A DNA stretch of 32,874 nt, taken from positions 1-32,874 of the IMG/VR virus record IMGVR_UViG_3300030330_000270; one strand, given 5' to 3'. The DNA comes from a virus. Its lineage: Duplodnaviria; Caudoviricetes. Both the position numbers and the translations under genes were made by a program. The notes below the pieces were generated by a model. That model was not told the origin of the DNA. It saw only the letters and a list, made by a program, of their open reading frames with translations, and made no database searches. This document shows, one piece after another, positions 25,301 to 32,068 of this stretch. Position 1 is the stretch's first letter, and the number at the start of each line of letters is the position of its first letter.

Positions 25301-28165
25301 GCACAAGCTGAAGAAACAGTTAAACAAACACCTAGGGGTTCAATACCTTATTATAATTTAAATGCTTCAGACACAGCATTAAAAGCTGCTATAGATTTTA
25401 ATAAAGACTTATCTGCTGAAAAACCTGATGATATACCTAAGTTTTCAAGACCTACTCTTGATAATGTAGACCCTAAAATTTCAGAAGCAGCAGAAAGATT
25501 AGGTGGTGAACATAGACCAGATATATCTTGGGGTGCTAGAACTATTGAAGCAGTTAAAGACCCAGTTACATCTATTGGTTCAGCATTTAAAAACTTTAGA
25601 CAAAGTCTTGTAGATAAATTAGATAAAGTAGATAAAGCATTAGTTAAAGCTACGCAAGAAAATGAAGAAGTAAGAATAGCAAATAATACTGCAGATACAG
25701 CAACTATGGCTGCTTTAAGATTAGCAGATAGAGCTAGAGGTTTATTTGCAGGTATGCTTACTAGAGGTTATGTAACTGATGTAATAGATGGTCAACCAGC
25801 TTTAGCAAATGTAAGAGATTTAGAGTTAGAAAATGGAGAAACAGGTGGTTTAATACAAATATTAGCACCACTATTTAGTAATTTTAATGTAAATTTAGAA
25901 CAAGTATTTAAATTATATGCTACTTTAAAAAGAGCAAAAACATTTGATGAAACTGGTAGAGAAATAGATACTCCAGTAAAACCTGAAGATTTTGTTCTTA
26001 TAGAACAAATAGAACAACAACATCCAGAAGTAGTAGAAGTTTATAACAACTATCAAGAATGGAATAATAGATTAATAAAATTTGCAGAAAAGAAAGGTTT
26101 ATTAGACCCTGAACAAGCTGAAATATGGAGAGAACATTCATCATATTATCCATTTTATAAAGATATGATAGATGACACAGGCTTACAAGGACCTAATGTA
26201 GCAGGTGGTTCTTTACCTAATAATCCATTAAATATAAAAATTACTGGTTCAGAAAAACCGATAGATGCTGACCCTATAGAAGCCATAGCTAGAAACTCAC
26301 TATCTATTCTTACAGGAGCATTAAAAAATGATGGTGTTGTAAAACTTGTAAGAGATTTAGAAAAAGTAGGTGAAGCAAAAGAATTAAAATCTCCACAAGA
26401 AATAAAAACAAATACTTTAAATAGAATATTTGTATTTGAAGATGGAAATAAAAAGTTTTATAAATTAAAAGACCCAGAATTATTTCATGCAATTCAAGCT
26501 ATTGGTGGCACAAATGTAGGTCCTATTGCACAAGCATTAGCAATTCCTGCAGGTTTTTTAAGAGATACAGTAACAAGAGACCCAGGATTTGTGGTTGTTA
26601 ATATATTAAGAGATACATTATCTTCATCTATAACTAGTGGTGCTTCATATACACCTTTTATTGATTCAGTAAAAAATATGTTTGGTGATATGGAAAACTT
26701 AGAAAAGTTTGGTGTGCTTGGTGGTTATGATTTTGCTAATGATGAAGGTAGTGTAAAACAATTTATAACTAGAACCATGAGACAAAAAGGACTAACACCA
26801 AGTAATGGTATGTCAGCCTCTGGAGCTTTCTTTAAACTATGGGATGGACTAGGAGCATTGACCACTAAATCTGATGGTGCAACTCGTATGGCAGTTTATG
26901 ATGCTGTTTATAAAAAGTTAAAAGATGAAGGATATAATGAAGCACAAGCACAATCTGAAGCAGCATATCAGGCATTAGAAATAATAAATTTTGGAAGGCG
27001 TGGTTTAGACCCAACATTTAGAATTGTTACTGCAGCAATACCATTTTTAAATGCAAGAATACAAGGTTTGGATGTTTTATACAGAGGACTATTTACTGGT
27101 CAATATTCTGCTGTAGAAAAACTAGGTGCAAATGAAACACTTAAAGATGTTCAATCAAGAATATTAAAAAGAGCATTATTTCGTGCAGGAATTTTATCAT
27201 CTATAACACTAGCTTACTATCTAATGGTGCATGATACTGATGAATATAAAAATCTTAAACGAGAAGTAAGAGATGATAACTGGGTTGTTCCTATAGGTAA
27301 TGGTAATGCAGTTAAGATACCTATTCCATTTGAAGTAGGTATGTTATTTAAAGCTATACCTGAAAGAGTATTTGATATGACTCTAGGAGATGAAGCCTTT
27401 ACAAGAAAATCTGTTGATGAAGCATTAACTTCTATAACAAGGCAGTTAGGCACTTCAGCAAATATTCCATTCTTTCAGCCTGGTGCTGGATTTCAAATAT
27501 TAAAACCTATAGCCGAAGTTAGAGCTAATAGAAATAGTTTTACTAATACAGAAATTGTGCCTTACTATCAACAAAAGAAAGAAGCTGGATTACAAGCAAG
27601 GGCGACTACCAATGAATTTGCTAAAGTTATGGGTGAATTTCTTAATATTTCACCTGCAAAAATAGAACACATAATGAGAGGTTATACAGGAACTCTTGGT
27701 GGATATCTATTAGCTTTGGTAGATACTGTCACTAGAGGAGCTACAGGAAGCCCTTTACTACCTTCTAACTTTGAATTAGGTAAACTACCAGTTATTAACA
27801 GACTGTTTCTTGATTTAGATAAGTCTGGTGGTTATCAGCAACAGTTCTATGAACTAAGAAATGAAGTTGATAAAGCAGTAGCAACTATCAATTCATTACA
27901 AAAACAAAATAGATTTGATGAACTATCAGCTTACAGAAGCAATATGCAAGGCTTATTGAATGTCAAAGGTCAAGTGAGAGCGATAGAAAGATACTTAGAT
28001 AACTGGAGAAGGCGTAGAGATAGGCTAATGAGAGATGAAAATATATCTGTGACAGTTAAATCAGATATGCTTCGTGAATTAGAATTAGAACGAGATATGC
28101 GACTAGCTATGATTCCAGAATTAAGAAAACAGGCTAATATCCCTATTTTTAGTCTTAACCTTTAA
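19355..28165 (+). CDS. Large polyvalent virion protein (2936 aa): Gly/Ala-rich N-terminus, two zincin-like HExxH domains, ParB-like motif, LPD38-like C-terminus
   Basis: HEMIH (21800) with downstream EEAIAE; HEGIH (22895); EGRHR (~24866); DEYKNL.REVRDDNWVVP...KIPIPFEVG...SPAKIEH..RGYTG near the C-terminus. Confidence 0.8.
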   Translation: MAEYDIGGGKKIQIPDNLDPETRLQLAEIVKDKYGIDINQTSVLEQAGEFVKAIPRGIASLALDVPTGIVGLFDIGNDSNLYKGLEGLQQKLREDSALAADPRYADKFSTKLGEGIGSFGPFLGAGMVGRALSKAPGAAKGFLSPTFTAPTALAIPTGIAAQGDRLQMAREMGEDVGGLTETTAELFGGLIGITEVLPIASILGKVSKTTDLNTKERLVSALQSGAFEGGQEVAASILQDLTARGLYSEDLPMADSMFEEFTIGGIIGGAADLIVTSMAGKKSGRQKQLEEDNLRADENKQRLILAKKQEQAIEQGVLEEMQDMPPITVPQIIAPEEKPTEPSVEVVMTPQEKFSVVDISNPEAPAQVDIKDTEIEAIKVRDKILKDYNFNILKSKLDNDVYNLGLINSKSAYEVGQSLEDSRASDVTIQQLINSVPKDSKQEVILRGLVNSFVAQNPGKTSRSYPRLPMTEAKKLLTPKQFNEFTSAYAQSVFKNSEKNGEPSIIADKDKPDTSAKYIKEIAASKNIDLNFQSPAVQYAAEKYTGTPEFKKMKQGQKELFLAKLHSLPKFNSRTTFPDFRPRNYTAQEMADFVANTKSNKVIFDKNSLLKVGPDSIRKNKVATEQFIDDLIYSGRAEQIEGTNNYKIKDNFEFDIARKAEGFNETPEEFGARLTAEGKLPPETIAELVEKETKNQEKLLPPAEIVPKTINYAETLQEGKVNKFVKELRKKLDAVGLKETGIVVSDDILSTSTLQRVEGKIKFDPRVTRATKTAEAVEGEYDRNTDTIFLSLNAINPDGGATEVEIEERLRKVLDHEMIHAFRAKDLITEKEYQYLKKLVKDKKFPNDPAKRTFYKEAIDRTRGELANRNLSDAFKEDYIVEEAIAELFRNKDLLVNTPPKVDGIFNKIIQFFKTMGQAMRSSGYKSATEIFDNIESGRVGARERGVVRTTRLLDAGRIPASFINIDPDIPAEQQEIIPGDEIRQTLRPRGIRPLTIPKPKPTPPTPPAGPTTPPATPSTTPTTIYNTKKLTDKEYIAERKKILTGLQDAKVLDKAIFDKDGNVTKTIKGNYDSIKMMKWLIDNSPSQDYKIIAQKVHKSLLALKKQGRTFPLKLELGKKQPNMRRGQAAIQPSDRNPMQPYNYQTFTMLVNDGSTRTVNASSNVSDWRRANGVHFEALLHEGIHQATLAQIYAAQHNLTTRDGPKTFQESASGKKVKAAHKELAIQANRVKDYYQQRMKFYENLAGRIQQQEEGALEEYKSIYNNLPNIEKNLADIYITKDSTGFIYPRDENTFNGVQVQKKIFNDHYIKYQLFSNEAQYNEDVSELLTFGLTNRDFQEMLEYIPLGKDATNSVWNKFVETIRKLLEIPAKLNTELSAFLKNASTLLDLKTEGLIAPTPVRETAAPIDKEIPTFSRAEEPIGKFTIKRDEYIEGNINVGKILGYDVEIFKDPGGMGGQNYSMIITDPRVDMEIDFNSIGLFSKNLQEAKEDAVFKIQTLINDGEILDPTSIYFMRGVGKREDAVIAKLKDTDTDIPTFSRAQDIGSPLNEPLGYRLNDKTLESWLKYHNYENLNERPGAPYTEGEIDLAYRKNDSVLNESYVIYADRIETYFAPYGDKISKKTYKNPTHKQLLIDFDYLPAGDIPTFSRKSDDAYFAREKRKRTISNLESSIEFKQAQLDAERGTMTDSSAKRLEREIKNQRQKIIDLRAGDLPTFSRAATETQPPYMDFNRKQIRDFSSNRVGFYNGVEIPLTHVTRMNVDDFLKLTTYDQQHINDIIAEGPTVFNRQFTTDAGVTVKGPARKASAIFDPEIADTALTATLPSLQIQGDGQVIRHEGRHRVALIKKGGGTTVPVFIYFPEGNPEENIPNPSGQTLQAQGVTSLKNENKFNVGIKYTEQFFDFELPIDSINGLIPYNIAPLHRDSAQTKDKLDFAVEIATEPDTQTLPKGSIPYDISTFSRGRRDDTGTNTQENIQLREALAQAEETVKQTPRGSIPYYNLNASDTALKAAIDFNKDLSAEKPDDIPKFSRPTLDNVDPKISEAAERLGGEHRPDISWGARTIEAVKDPVTSIGSAFKNFRQSLVDKLDKVDKALVKATQENEEVRIANNTADTATMAALRLADRARGLFAGMLTRGYVTDVIDGQPALANVRDLELENGETGGLIQILAPLFSNFNVNLEQVFKLYATLKRAKTFDETGREIDTPVKPEDFVLIEQIEQQHPEVVEVYNNYQEWNNRLIKFAEKKGLLDPEQAEIWREHSSYYPFYKDMIDDTGLQGPNVAGGSLPNNPLNIKITGSEKPIDADPIEAIARNSLSILTGALKNDGVVKLVRDLEKVGEAKELKSPQEIKTNTLNRIFVFEDGNKKFYKLKDPELFHAIQAIGGTNVGPIAQALAIPAGFLRDTVTRDPGFVVVNILRDTLSSSITSGASYTPFIDSVKNMFGDMENLEKFGVLGGYDFANDEGSVKQFITRTMRQKGLTPSNGMSASGAFFKLWDGLGALTTKSDGATRMAVYDAVYKKLKDEGYNEAQAQSEAAYQALEIINFGRRGLDPTFRIVTAAIPFLNARIQGLDVLYRGLFTGQYSAVEKLGANETLKDVQSRILKRALFRAGILSSITLAYYLMVHDTDEYKNLKREVRDDNWVVPIGNGNAVKIPIPFEVGMLFKAIPERVFDMTLGDEAFTRKSVDEALTSITRQLGTSANIPFFQPGAGFQILKPIAEVRANRNSFTNTEIVPYYQQKKEAGLQARATTNEFAKVMGEFLNISPAKIEHIMRGYTGTLGGYLLALVDTVTRGATGSPLLPSNFELGKLPVINRLFLDLDKSGGYQQQFYELRNEVDKAVATINSLQKQNRFDELSAYRSNMQGLLNVKGQVRAIERYLDNWRRRRDRLMRDENISVTVKSDMLRELELERDMRLAMIPELRKQANIPIFSLNL
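23585..25450 (+). repeat. Six dispersed [DE]-[IL]-[PS]-[TK]-F-S-R linker repeats
   Basis: EIPTFSR 23585, DIPTFSR 23957, DIPTFSR 24284, DLPTFSR 24491, DISTFSR 25220, DIPKFSR 25430. The DNA core CTACATTTAGTAGA is shared by four copies. Confidence 0.9.
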
Positions 28166-28483
28166 CATAGCTATATCCTTTTCTTCTTTCAATGGTTTCA
28201 ATGTAAAGAAGTCTTTATGTTGTGGATGTCTAGCATGAAATAAACGGGCATAGAAACAGATGTAATCATTACTTATCTTGAAGTCCCCACCTCTAGTTTC
28301 TATCTCATTGTGCCAACGAATACGATTGATTATCGCCCAATGCGAATACTTTTTCCTACCACTATTGATAGCCTCCAATGTGTATTGCTCAAACTTATCC
28401 CAAACTTGTGGATTCTTTTTGTGCCACTCCCACCACTTTCTTTTTCGTTTATCTAATTTTTCTTGTAATATGTCTTTTAACAT
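28121..28483 (-). CDS. Conserved phage hypothetical protein
   Basis: WH..NP.VW..F...G.K.YS...I..IRW...FKISND...YARLF...P....FF pattern; ATG at 28483 preferred over the track start at 28504. Confidence 0.7.
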   Translation of the reverse strand: MLKDILQEKLDKRKRKWWEWHKKNPQVWDKFEQYTLEAINSGRKKYSHWAIINRIRWHNEIETRGGDFKISNDYICFYARLFHARHPQHKDFFTLKPLKEEKDIAMLKVKTKNRDISLFS

Positions 28484-28536
28484 TTGCTCAATTCCTGGAA
28501 TCAATCATTTACTGGTAAATATTTTTTTTAGCTGCG

Positions 28537-28839
28537 TCAACGCTGCAACAATTTTTCTACTTGTTTTAATAATTCTTCTTCTGTTCCGTAAGCTTCTTCA
28601 AATCTTCTTTTGTAAGGATGTCTGCTTATAGGTCTAAATCTATTGCCTTTACGATGATGGTCAAAGCAAAGAGGTAATACTTTAAAATGTGAATCAGTCT
28701 TTGTCTTACCCTCTATGTGGTGTATTTCAGCAGGAGTTATACTTCCATTAGTATTCCTACAAACAATGCAACCTAATTGGCTTACTTTGTCCATGTGTTC
28801 AGCTTCTTTCTTTGTTGGTTTTCTTCCTTTTATTGACAT
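28537..28839 (-). CDS. Ref-like (recombination enhancement function) HNH-type nuclease
   Basis: LGCIVC, PAEIHH, VLPLCFDHHR and H...FEEAYGTEEELL; ATG at 28839. Confidence 0.8.
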   Translation of the reverse strand: MSIKGRKPTKKEAEHMDKVSQLGCIVCRNTNGSITPAEIHHIEGKTKTDSHFKVLPLCFDHHRKGNRFRPISRHPYKRRFEEAYGTEEELLKQVEKLLQR

Positions 28840-28939
28840 TCTTTTTTTTGTTTCCAAATATCTTTTCAAAGTTTATATCAAACTTATCTTTATCATAAGG
28901 TTTATAAATAGACCCCTTTCCTCCATGCCATTTAGTCAT
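28799..28939 (-). CDS. Small basic protein (46 aa), not in the ORF track
   Basis: Translates as MTKWHGGKGSIYKPYDKDKFDINFEKIFGNKKK...; its ATG overlaps the TAA of the upstream gene. The GGKGS...F..N...IFG pattern recurs in small phage proteins. Confidence 0.65.
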   Translation of the reverse strand: MTKWHGGKGSIYKPYDKDKFDINFEKIFGNKKKNVNKRKKTNKERS

Positions 28940-29139
28940 TATCTATTTCTAATTTTCATTTTTATATCATAAGAATGATTGTTAATAAGTTGTTTAAAAA
29001 TTTCTCCCGTTGTGACTCTTCTCCCCGCTTTCTCAGAATAATAATTCCTTAATGCAGTTAGGTTTTGATTTGTAATTGGGTCAATTCTAAATTGTACGCC
29101 TTTTGTATTTTGTTTTTTCTTTTCAAATTTTAGTTCCAT
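28939..29139 (-). CDS. Small putative DNA-binding protein (ribbon-helix-helix-like)
   Basis: TKGVQFRID beta strand followed by two helices; TAATG coupled. Confidence 0.5.
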   Translation of the reverse strand: MELKFEKKKQNTKGVQFRIDPITNQNLTALRNYYSEKAGRRVTTGEIFKQLINNHSYDIKMKIRNR

Positions 29140-29336
29140 TATTTACTTTCCTCACTTTCCTCATTTTCGTTAATAAAAAATTTAACACTAACAATACTTT
29201 CATCAATGAAAATGTGATTAATTTTGTATTTAATATCTATTGGACATTGTTTAATATAATTTAAAAGTCTTTCAAGATTATTAATAGATATTTGATTATC
29301 ACTTATTGATTGTTCATCTTTTACACGCCTAGCCAT
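29139..29336 (-). CDS. Hypothetical protein
   Basis: TAATG coupling at both ends. Confidence 0.65.
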   Translation of the reverse strand: MARRVKDEQSISDNQISINNLERLLNYIKQCPIDIKYKINHIFIDESIVSVKFFINENEESEESK

Positions 29337-29674
29337 TATGCACCATACCTCTTTCTTTCTTCTCTAGCACTAACCATTTTAGTTCTCCACTCTTCAAAAC
29401 CAACCTCTAATGCTTTTAATTCAACTTTAACAGCACTTAACTGACCTTTAGCAACCGCAACAGCCAACCTAGATTGATATACTTCATCTTTGTTTTCTGC
29501 ATAGTTATCTTGTCCAGTAGCAGTTTTAATGCCCTCTGAAAGAGCGACTGCTTTCCACAAAGCAATCACTCTTTTAACATCTGCTTCCGCTTTCAACAAC
29601 TCGTATTCAGCTTTCTGCATTAAGGGAGCAACATCCCTTATCTGACTTTGCCAACTCTCTATCTGTTCATCCAT
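29336..29674 (-). CDS. Helical coiled-coil protein (possible recombination accessory protein)
   Basis: ATG at 29674 overlaps the upstream TGA; all-helical, ending FEEWRT...R.E.K.Y. Confidence 0.65.
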   Translation of the reverse strand: MDEQIESWQSQIRDVAPLMQKAEYELLKAEADVKRVIALWKAVALSEGIKTATGQDNYAENKDEVYQSRLAVAVAKGQLSAVKVELKALEVGFEEWRTKMVSAREERKRYGA

Positions 29675-29856
29675 CAGCCTTTTCTCCAACCAACAACTAA
29701 GAAGTCTATATCTTCAAAGTTTTCATCTTCTAAAGCTTCATCGGGCAACCATTCAGATAGTTGTTGATGTGATTTACCTCCAAACCAAGCAAAACCCTGT
29801 TCACTTTGCATTGGTTTCCAACCTTCTTTTCTAATATCTTTAATATCTGCTGACAT
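29674..29856 (-). CDS. Hypothetical protein
   Basis: AGGGGG RBS; coupled to the downstream gene. Confidence 0.65.
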   Translation of the reverse strand: MSADIKDIRKEGWKPMQSEQGFAWFGGKSHQQLSEWLPDEALEDENFEDIDFLVVGWRKG

Positions 29857-29949
29857 TTATTTCCCCCTTATATCTTTTTCGCTTACATAAATTGTTGTTA
29901 TCAATACTATTGCAAGTATTAAGTAGCTAATTATTTCAATTATTGTCAT
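29857..29949 (-). CDS. 30-aa single-TM peptide, not in the ORF track
   Basis: Translates as MTIIEIISYLILAIVLITTIYVSEKDIRGK*; GAGGT RBS; its stop abuts the next ATG. Confidence 0.55.
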   Translation of the reverse strand: MTIIEIISYLILAIVLITTIYVSEKDIRGK

Positions 29950-29987
29950 AACTACCTCGTTCTAAAAATGTAAAACAAACATCTTAA

Positions 29988-30009
29988 ACGCCATTCAGAT
30001 AAATGGCGT
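29988..30009 (-). terminator. 8-bp stem hairpin ACGCCATT-N6-AATGGCGT, possible terminator or processing site
   Basis: Perfect inverted repeat in an intergenic gap; on the minus strand it is followed by an interrupted T-rich tract. Confidence 0.4.
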
Positions 30010-30039
30010 AAGTGTACTGGTATCTTTCTTCTATCCAAT

Positions 30040-30291
30040 TTAACCTCCCATACTATTATAATTTTTTAAATCTTTTTCATGTAAATCTTCAATATACATA
30101 AATAAATGTTTTGGTTCACAATAATCCCAAGTTTTGTCTTTGTATAAAATTAAATACATCTCTTGCTCTCTTGACCATTCAATTTGAGTTTCGCTATTTT
30201 TAAACCAATAACTATCATGCACTTGATGTTCGTTAAAATCATCAACAATTTCATCTACAATTTTTTGTTTTTGTTTTGTTTTCATTCCCAT
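30040..30291 (-). CDS. Hypothetical protein
   Basis: TAATG coupled with the upstream gene. Confidence 0.65.
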   Translation of the reverse strand: MGMKTKQKQKIVDEIVDDFNEHQVHDSYWFKNSETQIEWSREQEMYLILYKDKTWDYCEPKHLFMYIEDLHEKDLKNYNSMGG

Positions 30292-30554
30292 TATTCAATC
30301 CCCATCTTGTTTTTAAAGTGTTCATCTCTTTCTTTTTCCATCTTCAAGAACAGATAGTCCATAAGTTGTTCATGGGATGTAGTTCCCATACCATCTTTGA
30401 CATTTTTGATTTGTTCAATCAAAGTTCTGTACGCAGACATGAACTCAAAAAATATATACTCGTCTATGTTTTCTTCAATTTGCACCACCAAATCTTTTCC
30501 ATAGGTATATTTATCATTAGAAATGATTTGGGTTTTTCCACTTGGATTTGCCAT
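30291..30554 (-). CDS. Hypothetical protein
   Basis: AGGGGG RBS; co-oriented in the operon. Confidence 0.65.
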   Translation of the reverse strand: MANPSGKTQIISNDKYTYGKDLVVQIEENIDEYIFFEFMSAYRTLIEQIKNVKDGMGTTSHEQLMDYLFLKMEKERDEHFKNKMGIE

Positions 30555-30690
30555 TATTCTTCCCCCTTTTATTTGATTTATCTAAGTCTAGTGAATCAAT
30601 GAGCAGATGTTTTTCTATCCACTCATTTTTCACTCCCTCTTTTTTTAAAGCATTTTCCAATGCTTTCTTAAATGCTTTTGATTTAGCCAT
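30517..30690 (-). CDS. Small hypothetical protein (57 aa), not in the ORF track
   Basis: Translates as MAKSKAFKKALENALKKEGVKNEWIEKHLLIDSL...; strong GAGGAGGGAG RBS; fills the gap. Confidence 0.6.
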   Translation of the reverse strand: MAKSKAFKKALENALKKEGVKNEWIEKHLLIDSLDLDKSNKRGKNNGKSKWKNPNHF

Positions 30691-30701
30691 TACTCCCTCC
30701 T

Positions 30702-31013
30702 CTAAAATGGAATATCATCATCTGTAAAGGTATCAACATCATCTGCTTTTTCCTCTACTGGTTCTTCTTTAGGTTCTTCTTTCTTTTGTGGAATGTCTAA
30801 CCTAGCATACTTGTATTCGTTGCCACTCTTAGAAGTTCTATTCCACAAAGCCACTCTTAGTTCTCCAGTTCCGCCCTCTTTGACGATACTAACTAACTCT
30901 TTGAGCATATCTCTACTAATTTCTACCTTACCAGTCCAATCGGGCTGTTTATCATTCTGTTTAAAGTTATTAGTGTAGATTGCTCCATCACTTTGATTTT
31001 TGTTGTCGTACAT
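30702..31013 (-). CDS. Single-stranded DNA-binding protein-like
   Basis: KQPDWTGKVEI...RVALW..TSKSG..Y core, with an acidic tail ending DDDIPF (SSB C-terminal motif); GAGGAG RBS. Confidence 0.75.
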   Translation of the reverse strand: MYDNKNQSDGAIYTNNFKQNDKQPDWTGKVEISRDMLKELVSIVKEGGTGELRVALWNRTSKSGNEYKYARLDIPQKKEEPKEEPVEEKADDVDTFTDDDIPF

Positions 31014-31014
31014 A

Positions 31015-31722
31015 TTATTTCTCCTCTAGGTTTGATACGATTGTTTTAAGTTCACCATCCAATTCAGCTTTCATATTAGGGAAGTTATCTCTTAATGTAG
31101 CTAAGTCTTTAGTGTTAGTTTTATAGTAAGATGTCATAGAATCTTTAGTTTTATGAAGTTTTGCCAACTCTAAGAAGCTTTTGACAAATAACTCCGCCCA
31201 TTCTTCCGTGCCATAACCATTATCTGCTTCAACATCTTCTGTTGGAGTTTCTACTGGTGTTGGCTCTTCCTTAGATTCTGTTTCATCATCTAAGTTTTCT
31301 ATTTCATCTTCAACATCTTCGGGCAAATCCTCTCCCGCATAGATGTAATGTCCTAAACCAAACATCGCCAAACACTTAGTTAAGCAACGCATTTTAGAAT
31401 TGTTTACTTGTGAAGAATTAGGATTCTTAACAGCATTGTTTTTAAAGTCCATAACACATAGTGTCATTTCTCTAGTTAAGTTATCTATAGATACTCTACA
31501 TCTAACCTCTCCAGTTCCATCGGGATATCTGACATAAGGCACATCATCCTCGCCTTGATAGAATAAGTATTGTGCCTGTGGATAGTGTTCTTGTAGAATA
31601 CCCCACGCCCACGCCCAAGATAGATAAGATAACTTCATCTTCTTTTCTACCTTATCAGAACAATCTATCTTAGATAGCTTGTCCCATACTTCTTTATAAG
31701 TAAGTTCTTTATTATCAGCCAT
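31015..31722 (-). CDS. Sak3/DUF1071-like single-strand annealing protein
   Basis: LSYLSWAWAW, VMDFKNNA and MRCLTKCLAMFGLGHYIYAGEDLP. Confidence 0.85.
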   Translation of the reverse strand: MADNKELTYKEVWDKLSKIDCSDKVEKKMKLSYLSWAWAWGILQEHYPQAQYLFYQGEDDVPYVRYPDGTGEVRCRVSIDNLTREMTLCVMDFKNNAVKNPNSSQVNNSKMRCLTKCLAMFGLGHYIYAGEDLPEDVEDEIENLDDETESKEEPTPVETPTEDVEADNGYGTEEWAELFVKSFLELAKLHKTKDSMTSYYKTNTKDLATLRDNFPNMKAELDGELKTIVSNLEEK

Positions 31723-32068
31723 TACTTGCTTCCTCCTTTACTGGAAAAAGATAATCAGCATTCCACTCTAAAGTGTCCCAAGAAACACCTAAAGAAGCGT
31801 CATGTTTTCTGTCTGTATAATCCAATACTTCCATACATTCATCATCAGTCAAATCGGGTCTTAGAATTTTAATATCATCTATTTCCCAAATAACAACTAT
31901 AGAGTTGGTATCATCATAACCATATCCATAGTTCCTTTTTTCTTTTACTATATTCCAAGCTTTGTCTAATATCTTTTGTGCTTTTTTATCAGAACGTATG
32001 CCCTCTTCTACATAAAAACTCAAAGCATTTTCAACAATCTCTATAGCTTCTTTTACTTCAATATTCAT
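31715..32068 (-). CDS. Hypothetical phage protein
   Basis: ATGA overlap and GAGGA RBS; C-terminal WEIDDI...RPDLTDDEC.EVL......HDA..G.SWDTL motif. Confidence 0.7.
   Translation of the reverse strand: MNIEVKEAIEIVENALSFYVEEGIRSDKKAQKILDKAWNIVKEKRNYGYGYDDTNSIVVIWEIDDIKILRPDLTDDECMEVLDYTDRKHDASLGVSWDTLEWNADYLFPVKEEASNG

Noticed and set aside
23585-25450. FSR repeats as a CRISPR array or DGR repeats
   Set aside because: Spacing is irregular (207-729 bp) and in frame within a CDS; there is no reverse transcriptase or adenine-specific variation.
1027-27453. Minus-strand ORFs within the late region (e.g. 4952-5320, 15316-15756, 23368-23661)
   Set aside because: They are antisense shadows of well-supported plus-strand genes, with no recognisable motifs.
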